A program made the position numbers and the translations under genes. From Candidatus Poribacteria bacterium (GTDB lineage Bacteria; Poribacteria; WGA-4E; GCA-2687025), in NCBI GenBank assembly GCA_963665845.2, contig OY762492.1, forward strand, positions 3,886,615 through 3,950,614: a stretch of 64,000 bases of DNA, given 5' to 3'. Each line of letters begins with the position of its first letter. The first letter of the stretch is position 1. This document shows, piece after piece, positions 19,301 through 27,599 of the stretch. The notes under the pieces are model-generated. The model was not told the origin of the DNA, searched no databases, and worked only from the letters and a program-made list of their open reading frames with translations.

Positions 19301-21487
19301 TCCGGCGTTCGCCGCGGGTTCTCCGGGGACGCCATCGTTGAGGCGCCCGGCGCCTCGGCGACATACGCCGATTTTGTGAGCTGGACAGGGCATATTGTCG
19401 GCAGCTATGTGGACGCCGACGGCGTCTACCATGCGTACATGCGCAGCTCGCTGGGCAGGTTTCTCTCCATTGACCTTCCGAATGCGGCCAATCTAGAATA
19501 CTTTTTTCTGCACGGTCTCAACAATGCAAGGTTTGTCGTTGGACGAGCCAAAGCGGTCGGCGATGTCCCGCGAACCTATGTCGGCAGCCCGCTCAACCTC
19601 AAAGAATTGCATGTTCCGGACAGCGTCAGCACGGAGGGATGGAATATCAACCAAGACGGCTCCGTCGTCGGACATTACGACTCGGCGGACGGGCGGCGGC
19701 ATGGGTTCATCGCCCGACCCGTCCCTGCCGACCCGGAACCTGAACCGCCTTCCATCGAAGGCTATTACACTTTTGAAAGCATTGATGTCCCCGGCATCGA
19801 CTTTCTGGAAGTGGCGGCAAGCAACGACTTTGGCGGCGTCGCCGGCAACACCCGCATTCCTGGCAGTCGGAAGACCGTCGGCTTCACATTGATCGACGGC
19901 GTTTTCAAAACCTACGATTTTCCTGGCTCGCAGCGAATCTATTTCTACGCCCTCGGCAACGACGGAAGAGCCGCCGGACACTACAGGGACAGCGACGGAA
20001 TTTACCATGGCGTTGTCTTGGAGAACGGCGAACTGCGGCAATACGATTTTCCCGGCGCTGTCGAAACCCACATCTACGGCATCAGCGATGCAACAGGGGC
20101 TTTCAGCGGCAACATTGTCGATGAAGCGGGAGTTTCCCGCGCTTTCTCAGGGGATCTGGTCATTTCAGTCCCTGGCGCCATCAACACTTACGGAGATTTT
20201 GTCAATGCAGAAGGAGCTGTCGTCGGCAGCTATATTGATGCCGATGGAATGTTCCATGGGTTCATCCGCGACCCCGACGGCAGCTTCACCAATATAGACC
20301 TTCCAGAAATGCAGAATCTGCAGTATCTGTTTGTGAACACCATCACGGACGCCGGCGTTGTAGGTTTCAGAGCCAAAGCGGCGAACGATATTCTACGGTC
20401 GTATATCCTTCTGCCCAACGGCTCCCTCCATGAAATACGATTCCCAGGCAGCGTTATCACTGCCGTCCGAAACGTTAACCAGGATGGTAGCATTGTCGGT
20501 TTTTACGACACGCCGGACGGACGCCGGCACGGCTTTTTCGGCAGACCTGTCAACAAGGAATTGAGCGATCTTTTTGGCAACGCCTACACCGTCGCGTTGG
20601 CAAAGGGTCTCAACATGATCACGGTACCGTTGAAACCGCCGGCGCCGATGAACGCAAAGGCGCTCGCAGGGTTGGCAGGATCGACAACCGTCATCAAACT
20701 GGACGAGGCGAAACAGCGATTCGTCGGATGGACGCCCGGCGCCACGAACGACGGCTTCGCCATCGAAGGCGGAAAGGGGTATATCGTCAATGTGCCGACA
20801 GCGCGTCATTTCGCTTTCGCCGGCGCTCCATGGACAGACCCTGCCGATACAGCGCAGGGCGCGCCGCCCCTCTCCACAGACAATATCCAGAGCGCATGGG
20901 CGTTCGTTGTGAGCGGTCGACTGGAAGGCAAGCGCGCGCTGGACGGTTACCATGTTGTCGTCCGCAACCGCAGAACGAACGAAACGTTCTCGGCGCCGGT
21001 ACAGGACGGTTACTTCGCCGCCGCGACGGCTGATCTGTCGCGCCAAAGCGTTGTGGAAGCGGGAGACGCGATGGAGCTGCGGGTCGTCGGTCCGGACGGC
21101 AATATCGAATCGCAGACCTTCCGCTTCGACGTGACTTCTGAGCATCTTGCAAACGCGGTTCTGCCGGTCAGGCTATACGGCGTCGGCAAGCCCTCTCAAA
21201 ATCGGCTGCTGCAGAATTACCCGAACCCGTTCAACCCTGAAACCTGGATTCCGTACCAGCTCGCGGAAGACAGCGACGTCACGATTCAGATATACGACGC
21301 TTCTGGACGGCTGATTCGTTCGCTCGCGCTTGGTTATCAACCCGCGGGCTTTTACAACAGCCGCGGCAGAGCGGCGTATTGGGACGGGCGCAACGCGGTC
21401 GGAGAGTTGGTCGCCAGCGGCGTCTATTTTTACCATCTGAAAACGCCCGCATTCCGCCAAACGCGGCGGCTCCTCATTTTGAAATGA
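16382..21487 (+). CDS. Array paralog 5: secreted protein, 5 modules + FlgD/T9SS-like tail
   Basis: Module starts YTFETISVPG, YVYETIEVPG, YTFEPIHVPG, YRFETIEVPG, YTFESIDVPG. Confidence 0.9.
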   Translation: MMKGKRMNLIKTLRMSALFVCLNAVLLTGAAAQDNGALEYTFETISVPGVDFLSLTASSDYEDYAGYTRNADGKEVGFTLIDGVFKTYDFPGSKKTRFFALGNNGNAAGYYEDSEGRHRGVVLENGELRQYDFPGSIETEIYGISDATGAMTGQFVGEDGVRRGFTGERVVEIPGATATYADFINSHGVLVGSYTDENGIFHLYIEYMGEWSSYPIQNAEQFEYAFVHGVTDLFTAIFRAKKLGDVPRTFVGQIAPESELRVPGAVVTEGWNINQDHSVVGYYETADGKRHGFAANPVDELDYVYETIEVPGVDFLAVAASSDFQDYAGFTRNADGKEVAFTLIDGVFEMYDFPGSQKMHFYALGNNGNAAGYYVDSEGKHRGVVLENGDLRPYDFPGSVETEIWGISDTTGGLTGNFVGADGVRRGFTHDEIVEVPGAVATYADFVSPEGVMVGSYIDADGVYHPYRSDLNDGNIVTFDLQAAESFEYYFVHGAADLAPHLRQSQMHLMRSKKIGDVPRTHVGDVFGKRQELQFPGSVWTQGYNINADLSVVGYYEAADGSLHSFVARLVREAPEPPPDDDNYTFEPIHVPGVDFLSVTASSDFEDYAGYTRNAIGKEIAFTLIDGVFTTYDFPGSQKTHFYALGNNGTAAGHYMDSGGLYHGVVLENGELRQYDFPNSVQTEIYGISDSTGAMTGNFVGEDGVRRGFSGDTIVEFPGAAETYADFVSGLGNVVGSYVDADGGYNAYLRGPGGSFATLDIPAVSNLEYFYLHGINDALVAVGRAKAVGDVPRTYVGNPLNLKELRVPYSVTEGWNINQDGSVVGHYDSDGRRLGFIARPKEASPPGVPHPKLTYRFETIEVPGVDFLAVTASSDFEDYAGNTPGPDGKMVGFTLIDGVFTTYDFPGSQGVYFYALGNDGKAAGHYLDSDGLYHGVILENGELRQYDFPGAVQTEIYGLSDSTGALTGNFIDASGVRRGFSGDAIVEAPGASATYADFVSWTGHIVGSYVDADGVYHAYMRSSLGRFLSIDLPNAANLEYFFLHGLNNARFVVGRAKAVGDVPRTYVGSPLNLKELHVPDSVSTEGWNINQDGSVVGHYDSADGRRHGFIARPVPADPEPEPPSIEGYYTFESIDVPGIDFLEVAASNDFGGVAGNTRIPGSRKTVGFTLIDGVFKTYDFPGSQRIYFYALGNDGRAAGHYRDSDGIYHGVVLENGELRQYDFPGAVETHIYGISDATGAFSGNIVDEAGVSRAFSGDLVISVPGAINTYGDFVNAEGAVVGSYIDADGMFHGFIRDPDGSFTNIDLPEMQNLQYLFVNTITDAGVVGFRAKAANDILRSYILLPNGSLHEIRFPGSVITAVRNVNQDGSIVGFYDTPDGRRHGFFGRPVNKELSDLFGNAYTVALAKGLNMITVPLKPPAPMNAKALAGLAGSTTVIKLDEAKQRFVGWTPGATNDGFAIEGGKGYIVNVPTARHFAFAGAPWTDPADTAQGAPPLSTDNIQSAWAFVVSGRLEGKRALDGYHVVVRNRRTNETFSAPVQDGYFAAATADLSRQSVVEAGDAMELRVVGPDGNIESQTFRFDVTSEHLANAVLPVRLYGVGKPSQNRLLQNYPNPFNPETWIPYQLAEDSDVTIQIYDASGRLIRSLALGYQPAGFYNSRGRAAYWDGRNAVGELVASGVYFYHLKTPAFRQTRRLLILK

Positions 21488-21494
21488 AAACAGC

Positions 21495-23336
21495 ATGACG
21501 AAAGGCAAACGCATGAACCTGATCAAAACGCTTCGCATGTTCGCCCTGTACGTCGGTCTCAACGCCGTTCTTCTGACAGGCGCCGCCGCCCAAAACATCG
21601 TCGGCGTCAACTACATCTTTGAGTCGATCAACGTTCCGGGCGTCGATTTTTTGGTGTTGACCGCAAGCAGCGACTTTGAAGATTACGCCGGCTACACGCT
21701 CAGCGCTGACGGCGAGAAGGTCGTTGGCTTCACCTTGATCGACGGCGTCTTCAAAACCCACGATTTTCCTGGCTCGCAGGGTACCTATTTCGACGCCCTC
21801 GGCAATAACGGTACCGCTGCGGGACACTACGTGGACAGCGAGGATCTTTACCATGGCGTCATCTTAGACAAAAACGGCGAGTGGACCCAGTACGATTTTC
21901 CAGGCGCCGTCGAGACGTCCATCTTCGGCATCAGCGATGAAACGGGGGCGTTGAGCGGCGACATCGTCGATGCCGACGGAGTGACCCATGGATTTTCAGG
22001 AGATACGGTGATCACATTCCCCGGCGCTGCCAACACATATGCGGACTTTGTCAATGCTGACGGCGTTATTGTCGGCAGCTACGTAGACGAAGACGGCGTG
22101 TTTCAAGGGTTCATTCGCGACCCCGACGGCAGTTTTACGACGATCGACATTCCCGAAATGCCAGATTTGTGGTATCTCTTTGTGAAGGGGATCAACAATG
22201 ACGGCGTTGTGATCTTTAGAGCCAGAGCCGAAGGCGATATTCCGCGTTCCTATATCCTCCTGCCAGGCGGCGACCCTCAGGAATTGCGGTTCCCAGGCAG
22301 CATCAACACCGTGGTGCGAAATATCAATCAGGACGGCTCCATTGTCGGACACTATACTTCAGAGGACAGGCGCATACACGGCTTCATCGCTAGACCCGCC
22401 AGCAAGGAATTGAGCGATCATTTTGGCAACGCCTACACCGTCGCGTTGGCGAAGGGTCTCAACATGATCACGGTTCCGCTGAAGCCGCCGGCGCCGATGA
22501 ACGCCAAGGCGCTCGCGGGGCTGACAGGCTCCACAACCGTCATCAAACTGGACGGAACAAAGCAGCGTTTCGTCGGCTGGACGGCGGGCGCTCCAAACGA
22601 CGGCTTCGACATCGAAGGCGGCAAGGGGTATATCGTCAATGTCCCGACAGACCGCCATTTTGCCTTCGCCGGCGCGGCATGGACAGACCCTGACGATACA
22701 GCGCAGGGCGCGCCGCCTCTCGCGGCGGAAAATATCCAGAGCGCATGGGCGTTCGTTGTGAGCGGACATCTGGAAAGCAGGCGCGCTTTGGACGGGTACG
22801 AGGTTCTCGTACGCAACCGCAGAACCAATGAGATCATCTCGGCTCCTGTGCAGGACGGTTACTTCGCCGCGGCGACGGCCGACTTGTCGCGCCGAAGCGT
22901 TGTTGAAATCGGCGACGCGATGGAGCTGCGCGTTGTCGGTCCGGACGGCAATGTTGAATCGCAAACCTTCCGCTTTGACGTGACTTCCGAACATCTCGCC
23001 AACGCGGTTTTGCCGGTCAGGCTGTATGGAATCGGCAAACCCTCTCAAAATCGGCTGCTGCAGAATTATCCGAACCCGTTCAACCCAGAAACCTGGATAC
23101 CGTATCAGCTCGCGGAAGACAGCGACGTCTCGATTCAGATATACGACGCATCGGGCAGGCAGATTCGTTCCCTCTCGCTCGGTTATCAGTCCGCGGGCTT
23201 TTACAACAGCCGCGGCAGAGCGGCTTACTGGGACGGGCGCAACGCGGTCGGGGAACAGGTTTCCAGCGGCGTCTACTTTTACCATCTGAAAACGCCCACA
23301 TTCCGTCAAACGCGGCGGCTCCTCATTTTGAAATGA
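21495..23336 (+). CDS. Array paralog 6: secreted protein, 1 module + FlgD/T9SS-like tail
   Basis: Minimal form of the family (613 aa). Confidence 0.9.
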   Translation: MTKGKRMNLIKTLRMFALYVGLNAVLLTGAAAQNIVGVNYIFESINVPGVDFLVLTASSDFEDYAGYTLSADGEKVVGFTLIDGVFKTHDFPGSQGTYFDALGNNGTAAGHYVDSEDLYHGVILDKNGEWTQYDFPGAVETSIFGISDETGALSGDIVDADGVTHGFSGDTVITFPGAANTYADFVNADGVIVGSYVDEDGVFQGFIRDPDGSFTTIDIPEMPDLWYLFVKGINNDGVVIFRARAEGDIPRSYILLPGGDPQELRFPGSINTVVRNINQDGSIVGHYTSEDRRIHGFIARPASKELSDHFGNAYTVALAKGLNMITVPLKPPAPMNAKALAGLTGSTTVIKLDGTKQRFVGWTAGAPNDGFDIEGGKGYIVNVPTDRHFAFAGAAWTDPDDTAQGAPPLAAENIQSAWAFVVSGHLESRRALDGYEVLVRNRRTNEIISAPVQDGYFAAATADLSRRSVVEIGDAMELRVVGPDGNVESQTFRFDVTSEHLANAVLPVRLYGIGKPSQNRLLQNYPNPFNPETWIPYQLAEDSDVSIQIYDASGRQIRSLSLGYQSAGFYNSRGRAAYWDGRNAVGEQVSSGVYFYHLKTPTFRQTRRLLILK

Positions 23337-23343
23337 AAACTGC

Positions 23344-26100
23344 ATGAAGAAAGACAAACGCATGAACTTGATCAAAACGCTCCGCCAATGGACGACGCGT
23401 CCGATTCAAACCGCAAAGGGTATTCGCATGATGTTCGCACAGAAAAAGACCGCCTCTCTGCTTGGCATGTTGGCGCTGTTCGTCTGCCTCAACTCCGTTC
23501 TTCCGATGGAAGCCGCCGCGCAACTTCAAGAGCTTCGCGCGAATTACTTCTACACCCACGAGACGATCGACGTTCCGGATGTCAATTTTTTAGCGTTGAC
23601 GGCGAGCAGCGATTTTGAGGATTACGCCGGGTACACGCGGAACGCCGACGGCAAAGAGGTCGCTTTCACGCTCATGGACGGCGTCTTCAAAACCTACGAT
23701 TTCCCCGGCTCGCAGAAAACCCATTTCTACGCGCTGGGGAATGATGGTACCGCCGCCGGCCACTACGAGGACAGCGAAGGGCAGTTTCACGGGATCATTC
23801 TCGAAAATGGGGAGTTTCGGGAATACAATTTTCCGGGTTCCGTCGAAACGGAGATCTACGGCATCAGCGACGCGACAGGAGCCTTGACCGGCAATTTCAC
23901 AGACGCTGACGGCATTCGCCGCGGCTTCACAGGGGACGAGATCATTGAGTTCCCTGGCGCTGTGGAAACGTTTGCCGATTTTATCAACTCAAGCGGCGGC
24001 ATGGTTGGGAGCTACATTGACGCTGACGGGCTGTATCACTCTTATCAGCGGACCCCAGGTGGGATTTTTATCAATCTCCGATCTCCAGGGCCGCTGGAAT
24101 ACATGTTTGTGCAGGGCATCAACGACGCATGGACTGTTATTGTGCGAGCCAAAGCGTTCGGCCGCGTTCCGCAAACCTTTGTCGGCACATTTCAAGACGG
24201 ACTGATAAGATTTGAATTTCCGGGCGCCGTTTTCACGGAGGGCTGGAACATCAATCAGGACGGGTCTATCGTCGGGCATTACGACACCGCCGACGGCCGC
24301 CGACACGGGTTCATCTCAAGACCCATACCAGGCACCCCCGCCGAACCCGTAGAGTACCCCGCCGTCCCCGGCTATACTTTTGAGAGCATTGATGTGCCGG
24401 GCGTGGATTACTTAGCGGTGACAGCAAGTTCCGATTTTGAGGATTACGCAGGAAACACGTTGAGCTCCGACGGTCAAAAAATGGTCGGCTTTACGCTCAT
24501 GGACGGCGTTTTCAAAACGTACGATTTTCCTGGATCAAAGAACACGTACTTCTATGCGCTCGGCAATGATGGAAGAGCAGCCGGACATTACGAGGATAGC
24601 GGCGGGCAGTTCCACGGGATCATTCTCGAAAATGGCGAGCTGCGGCAATTCAATTATCCCGGCGCCGTTCAAACAGAGATTTACGGCATCAGCGACTCAA
24701 CAGGCGACCTGACAGGCAATTTCATTGACGCCGACGGCGTTCGCAAGGGATTCACAGGCGGGCGATTCCCGATCGTTGAGTTCCCCAAGGCGGTGGAAAC
24801 ATATGCCGAGTTCATGAACGGGCAAGGCAGTGTGGTCGGCAGCTATGTGGACGCTATGGGGCTGCGCCATGCCTATCTGCGCAACCAGTTTCGCCTCTTT
24901 GTATCTTTCGTGCATCCAGAAGCGGCAAAACTGGAGGTCTTTTCTTTGAGCGGTCTCAACGATGCGCGGGTTGCCGTTATCCGATCGAAACTGAAGGATG
25001 ATGTCTCGCGCACTTATGTCGGCACATTCATACACGGACTGAACGAATTGCGCGTCCCCGGCAGCGTCGGCACAGAGGGCTGGAATATCAATCAGGACGG
25101 CTCTGTCGTCGGACACTATGATTCACCCGATGGACGCCGACACGGGTTCATCGCCCGACCCGCCGCCAAGGAAGTGAGCGATCGTTACGACAATGCTTAC
25201 ACCGTCGCGTTGATGAAGGGTCTCAACATGATCTCGGTTCCGCTGAAGCCGCCGGCGCCGATGAACGCAAAGGCGCTCGCGGGGTTGACAGGCTCCACAA
25301 CCGTGATCAAACTGGACGAGGCAAAGCAGCGTTTCGTCGGATGGACGCCTGGCGCTCCTAACGACGGCTTCGACATCGAAGGCGGAAAAGGGTATATCGT
25401 CAATGTGCCGACAGCGCGCCATTTTGCCTTCGCCGGCGCGGCATGGACCGATCCTGTCGATACGGCGCAGGGCGCGCCTCCTCTCTTCACCGAAAATATC
25501 CAGAGCGCATGGGCGTTCGTTGTGAGCGGACATCTGGAAGGCAAGCGCGCCTTGGAAGGCTATAAGGTACTCGTCCGCAACCTCAGAACAAACGAAACGA
25601 TTGCGGCTCCAGTACAGGACGGTTACTTCGCCGCCGCGACGGCCGACCTGTCCCGCCGAAGCGTTGTCGAAGCTGGGGACGCCATGGATCTGCAGGTCGT
25701 CGGTCCGGACGGGAATATCGAATCGCAAACCTTCCGCTTCGACGTGACTTCAGAGCATCTCGCCAACGCCGTTCTGCCCGTTACGCTGTACGGCATCGGC
25801 ATGCCGTCGCAGAGTCGGCTTCTGCAGAATTATCCGAACCCGTTCAACCCTGAAACCTGGATTCCGTACCAGCTGGCGGAAGACAGCGACGTCTCGATTG
25901 AGATATACGACGCTTCTGGACGACTGATTCGCTCCCTGTCGCTCGGCCATCAACCCGCGGGCTTTTACAACAGCCGCGGCAGAGCCGCCTATTGGGACGG
26001 GCGCAACGCGGTCGGGGAGCAGGTTGCCAGCGGCGTCTACTTTTACCATCTGAAAACGCCCACATTCCGCCAAACGCGGCGGCTTCTGATTCTGAAATGA
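23344..26100 (+). CDS. Array paralog 7: secreted protein, 2 modules + FlgD/T9SS-like tail
   Basis: Same architecture. Confidence 0.9.
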   Translation: MKKDKRMNLIKTLRQWTTRPIQTAKGIRMMFAQKKTASLLGMLALFVCLNSVLPMEAAAQLQELRANYFYTHETIDVPDVNFLALTASSDFEDYAGYTRNADGKEVAFTLMDGVFKTYDFPGSQKTHFYALGNDGTAAGHYEDSEGQFHGIILENGEFREYNFPGSVETEIYGISDATGALTGNFTDADGIRRGFTGDEIIEFPGAVETFADFINSSGGMVGSYIDADGLYHSYQRTPGGIFINLRSPGPLEYMFVQGINDAWTVIVRAKAFGRVPQTFVGTFQDGLIRFEFPGAVFTEGWNINQDGSIVGHYDTADGRRHGFISRPIPGTPAEPVEYPAVPGYTFESIDVPGVDYLAVTASSDFEDYAGNTLSSDGQKMVGFTLMDGVFKTYDFPGSKNTYFYALGNDGRAAGHYEDSGGQFHGIILENGELRQFNYPGAVQTEIYGISDSTGDLTGNFIDADGVRKGFTGGRFPIVEFPKAVETYAEFMNGQGSVVGSYVDAMGLRHAYLRNQFRLFVSFVHPEAAKLEVFSLSGLNDARVAVIRSKLKDDVSRTYVGTFIHGLNELRVPGSVGTEGWNINQDGSVVGHYDSPDGRRHGFIARPAAKEVSDRYDNAYTVALMKGLNMISVPLKPPAPMNAKALAGLTGSTTVIKLDEAKQRFVGWTPGAPNDGFDIEGGKGYIVNVPTARHFAFAGAAWTDPVDTAQGAPPLFTENIQSAWAFVVSGHLEGKRALEGYKVLVRNLRTNETIAAPVQDGYFAAATADLSRRSVVEAGDAMDLQVVGPDGNIESQTFRFDVTSEHLANAVLPVTLYGIGMPSQSRLLQNYPNPFNPETWIPYQLAEDSDVSIEIYDASGRLIRSLSLGHQPAGFYNSRGRAAYWDGRNAVGEQVASGVYFYHLKTPTFRQTRRLLILK

Positions 26101-26141
26101 TGAGGTTCTAAACAAAGGACAAGCGCATGGATCCGATCAAA
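26099..26141 (+). repeat. Right copy of degenerate 43-bp direct repeat bracketing the array
   Basis: gatgaggttctaaacaaaggacaagcgcatggatccgatcaaa; the ATG sits at the same offset in both copies. Confidence 0.8.
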
Positions 26142-27593
26142 GAACATCGAAAATTGATGACGCGGCGCCATTTCTTTGGACAAACCGCCGTCAGCATCGG
26201 CGCGGCGGCTCTGTCGTCAATGCTGCCAGGACACGCTTTAGCGCAGGAGGCGGCGCGAAAAGGCGGGCTGCCCGGCATTCCGCACTTTGCGCCAAAAGCG
26301 AAACGCGCCATCTATCTGTTCATGGCGGGCGCCCCCGCGCAGATGGACCTTCTCGACTACAAGCCCGAAATGGAGAAACATTACGACGAAGACCTGCCGG
26401 AATCGATACGCAAAGGTCAGCGGCTCACGACGATGACCTCTGGACAGAAGCGGTTTCCCGTCGCGCCGTCCATCTACCCGTTTCAACAATACGACAACGG
26501 CGGCGACGGCGCCTGGGTGAGCGACCTGCTCCCCTACACCGCCAAGATGGTCAAGGACATCGCCATCGTCCGCTCAATGCATACTGAAGCGATCAACCAT
26601 GACCCGGCGATCACCTACATCACCACCGGGAATGAGCGCCCCGGCAAACCGAGCCTAGGGGCGTGGCTCAGTTACGGACTCGGCAGCGAGAACGAAAACC
26701 TGCCCTCCTTCATCGTCATGACGCCCTCATGGACGGGTCGGCGGTCGGCGCAGGCGCTGTATCATCGGTTGTGGGGCGCGGGCTTTTTGCCGTCTGAAAT
26801 GCAGGGCGCGCTTCTCCGCAGCGAGGGCGACCCCGTTCTCTTCTTGTCGAACCCAGAAGGGGTCACCCCGAAGGCGCGCAAAAAGATGCTGGACGCGCTC
26901 GTCAAACTGAACCAGCAGCATTACGATCAGGTCGGCGACCCTGAAACGCAGGCGCGCATCTCTCAATACGAGATGGCGTTTCGCATGCAGTCCTCCGTCC
27001 CAGAGCTGATGGACATCTCCGACGAACCTGACCATGTGTTTGAGCTGTACGGACCCGATTCGCGCAAACCTGGAACCTTCGCCTACAGCTGCATACTCGC
27101 GCGGCGCATGGCGGAAAAGGGCGTTCGGTTCGTTCAAATGTTCCACCGCGGATGGGATCAGCACGGCAACCTGACAGGCGACCTGCCGAAGCAATGCAAA
27201 GACATTGACCAGCCGTCATGGGCGTTGGTGGAAGACTTAAAACAGCGCGGCATGCTGGAGGACACGCTCGTGCTGTGGGGCGGCGAGTTTGGGCGGACGA
27301 TCTACTGCCAAGGCGCGCTCTCGCGCGAAAACTACGGGCGCGACCATCACCCGCGCTGCTTCTCCATCTGGGCTGCCGGCGGGGGCGTTCAAGGCGGCGT
27401 CGTGTACGGCGAAACGGACGACTACAGCTACAATGTCGTCAAAGACCCTGTCCATATCCGCGACCTGAACGCGACGATCCTGCATCAGCTCGGCATCGAC
27501 CATACGCGGCTCACGTATCGATACCAGGGGCTGGATCATCGGCTCACGGGAGTGGAGGCGCCGGCGCGCGTCGTCCAAGAGATACTGGCGTAA
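26127..27593 (+). CDS. DUF1501 domain protein (sulfatase-like fold, Tat-like leader)
   Basis: TRRHFF leader, [49 protein letters not shown]. Confidence 0.93.
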   Translation: MDPIKEHRKLMTRRHFFGQTAVSIGAAALSSMLPGHALAQEAARKGGLPGIPHFAPKAKRAIYLFMAGAPAQMDLLDYKPEMEKHYDEDLPESIRKGQRLTTMTSGQKRFPVAPSIYPFQQYDNGGDGAWVSDLLPYTAKMVKDIAIVRSMHTEAINHDPAITYITTGNERPGKPSLGAWLSYGLGSENENLPSFIVMTPSWTGRRSAQALYHRLWGAGFLPSEMQGALLRSEGDPVLFLSNPEGVTPKARKKMLDALVKLNQQHYDQVGDPETQARISQYEMAFRMQSSVPELMDISDEPDHVFELYGPDSRKPGTFAYSCILARRMAEKGVRFVQMFHRGWDQHGNLTGDLPKQCKDIDQPSWALVEDLKQRGMLEDTLVLWGGEFGRTIYCQGALSRENYGRDHHPRCFSIWAAGGGVQGGVVYGETDDYSYNVVKDPVHIRDLNATILHQLGIDHTRLTYRYQGLDHRLTGVEAPARVVQEILA

Positions 27594-27599
27594 AACCGC

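Noticed and set aside
3832-26100. Diversity-generating retroelement driving array variation
   Set aside because: No reverse transcriptase or template repeat seen; differences include indels and all base types, and C-termini are the most conserved parts. An RT acting in trans cannot be excluded
3832-26100. Classical integron cassette array
   Set aside because: No integrase and no recognisable attC inverted-repeat structure; all cassettes are paralogs
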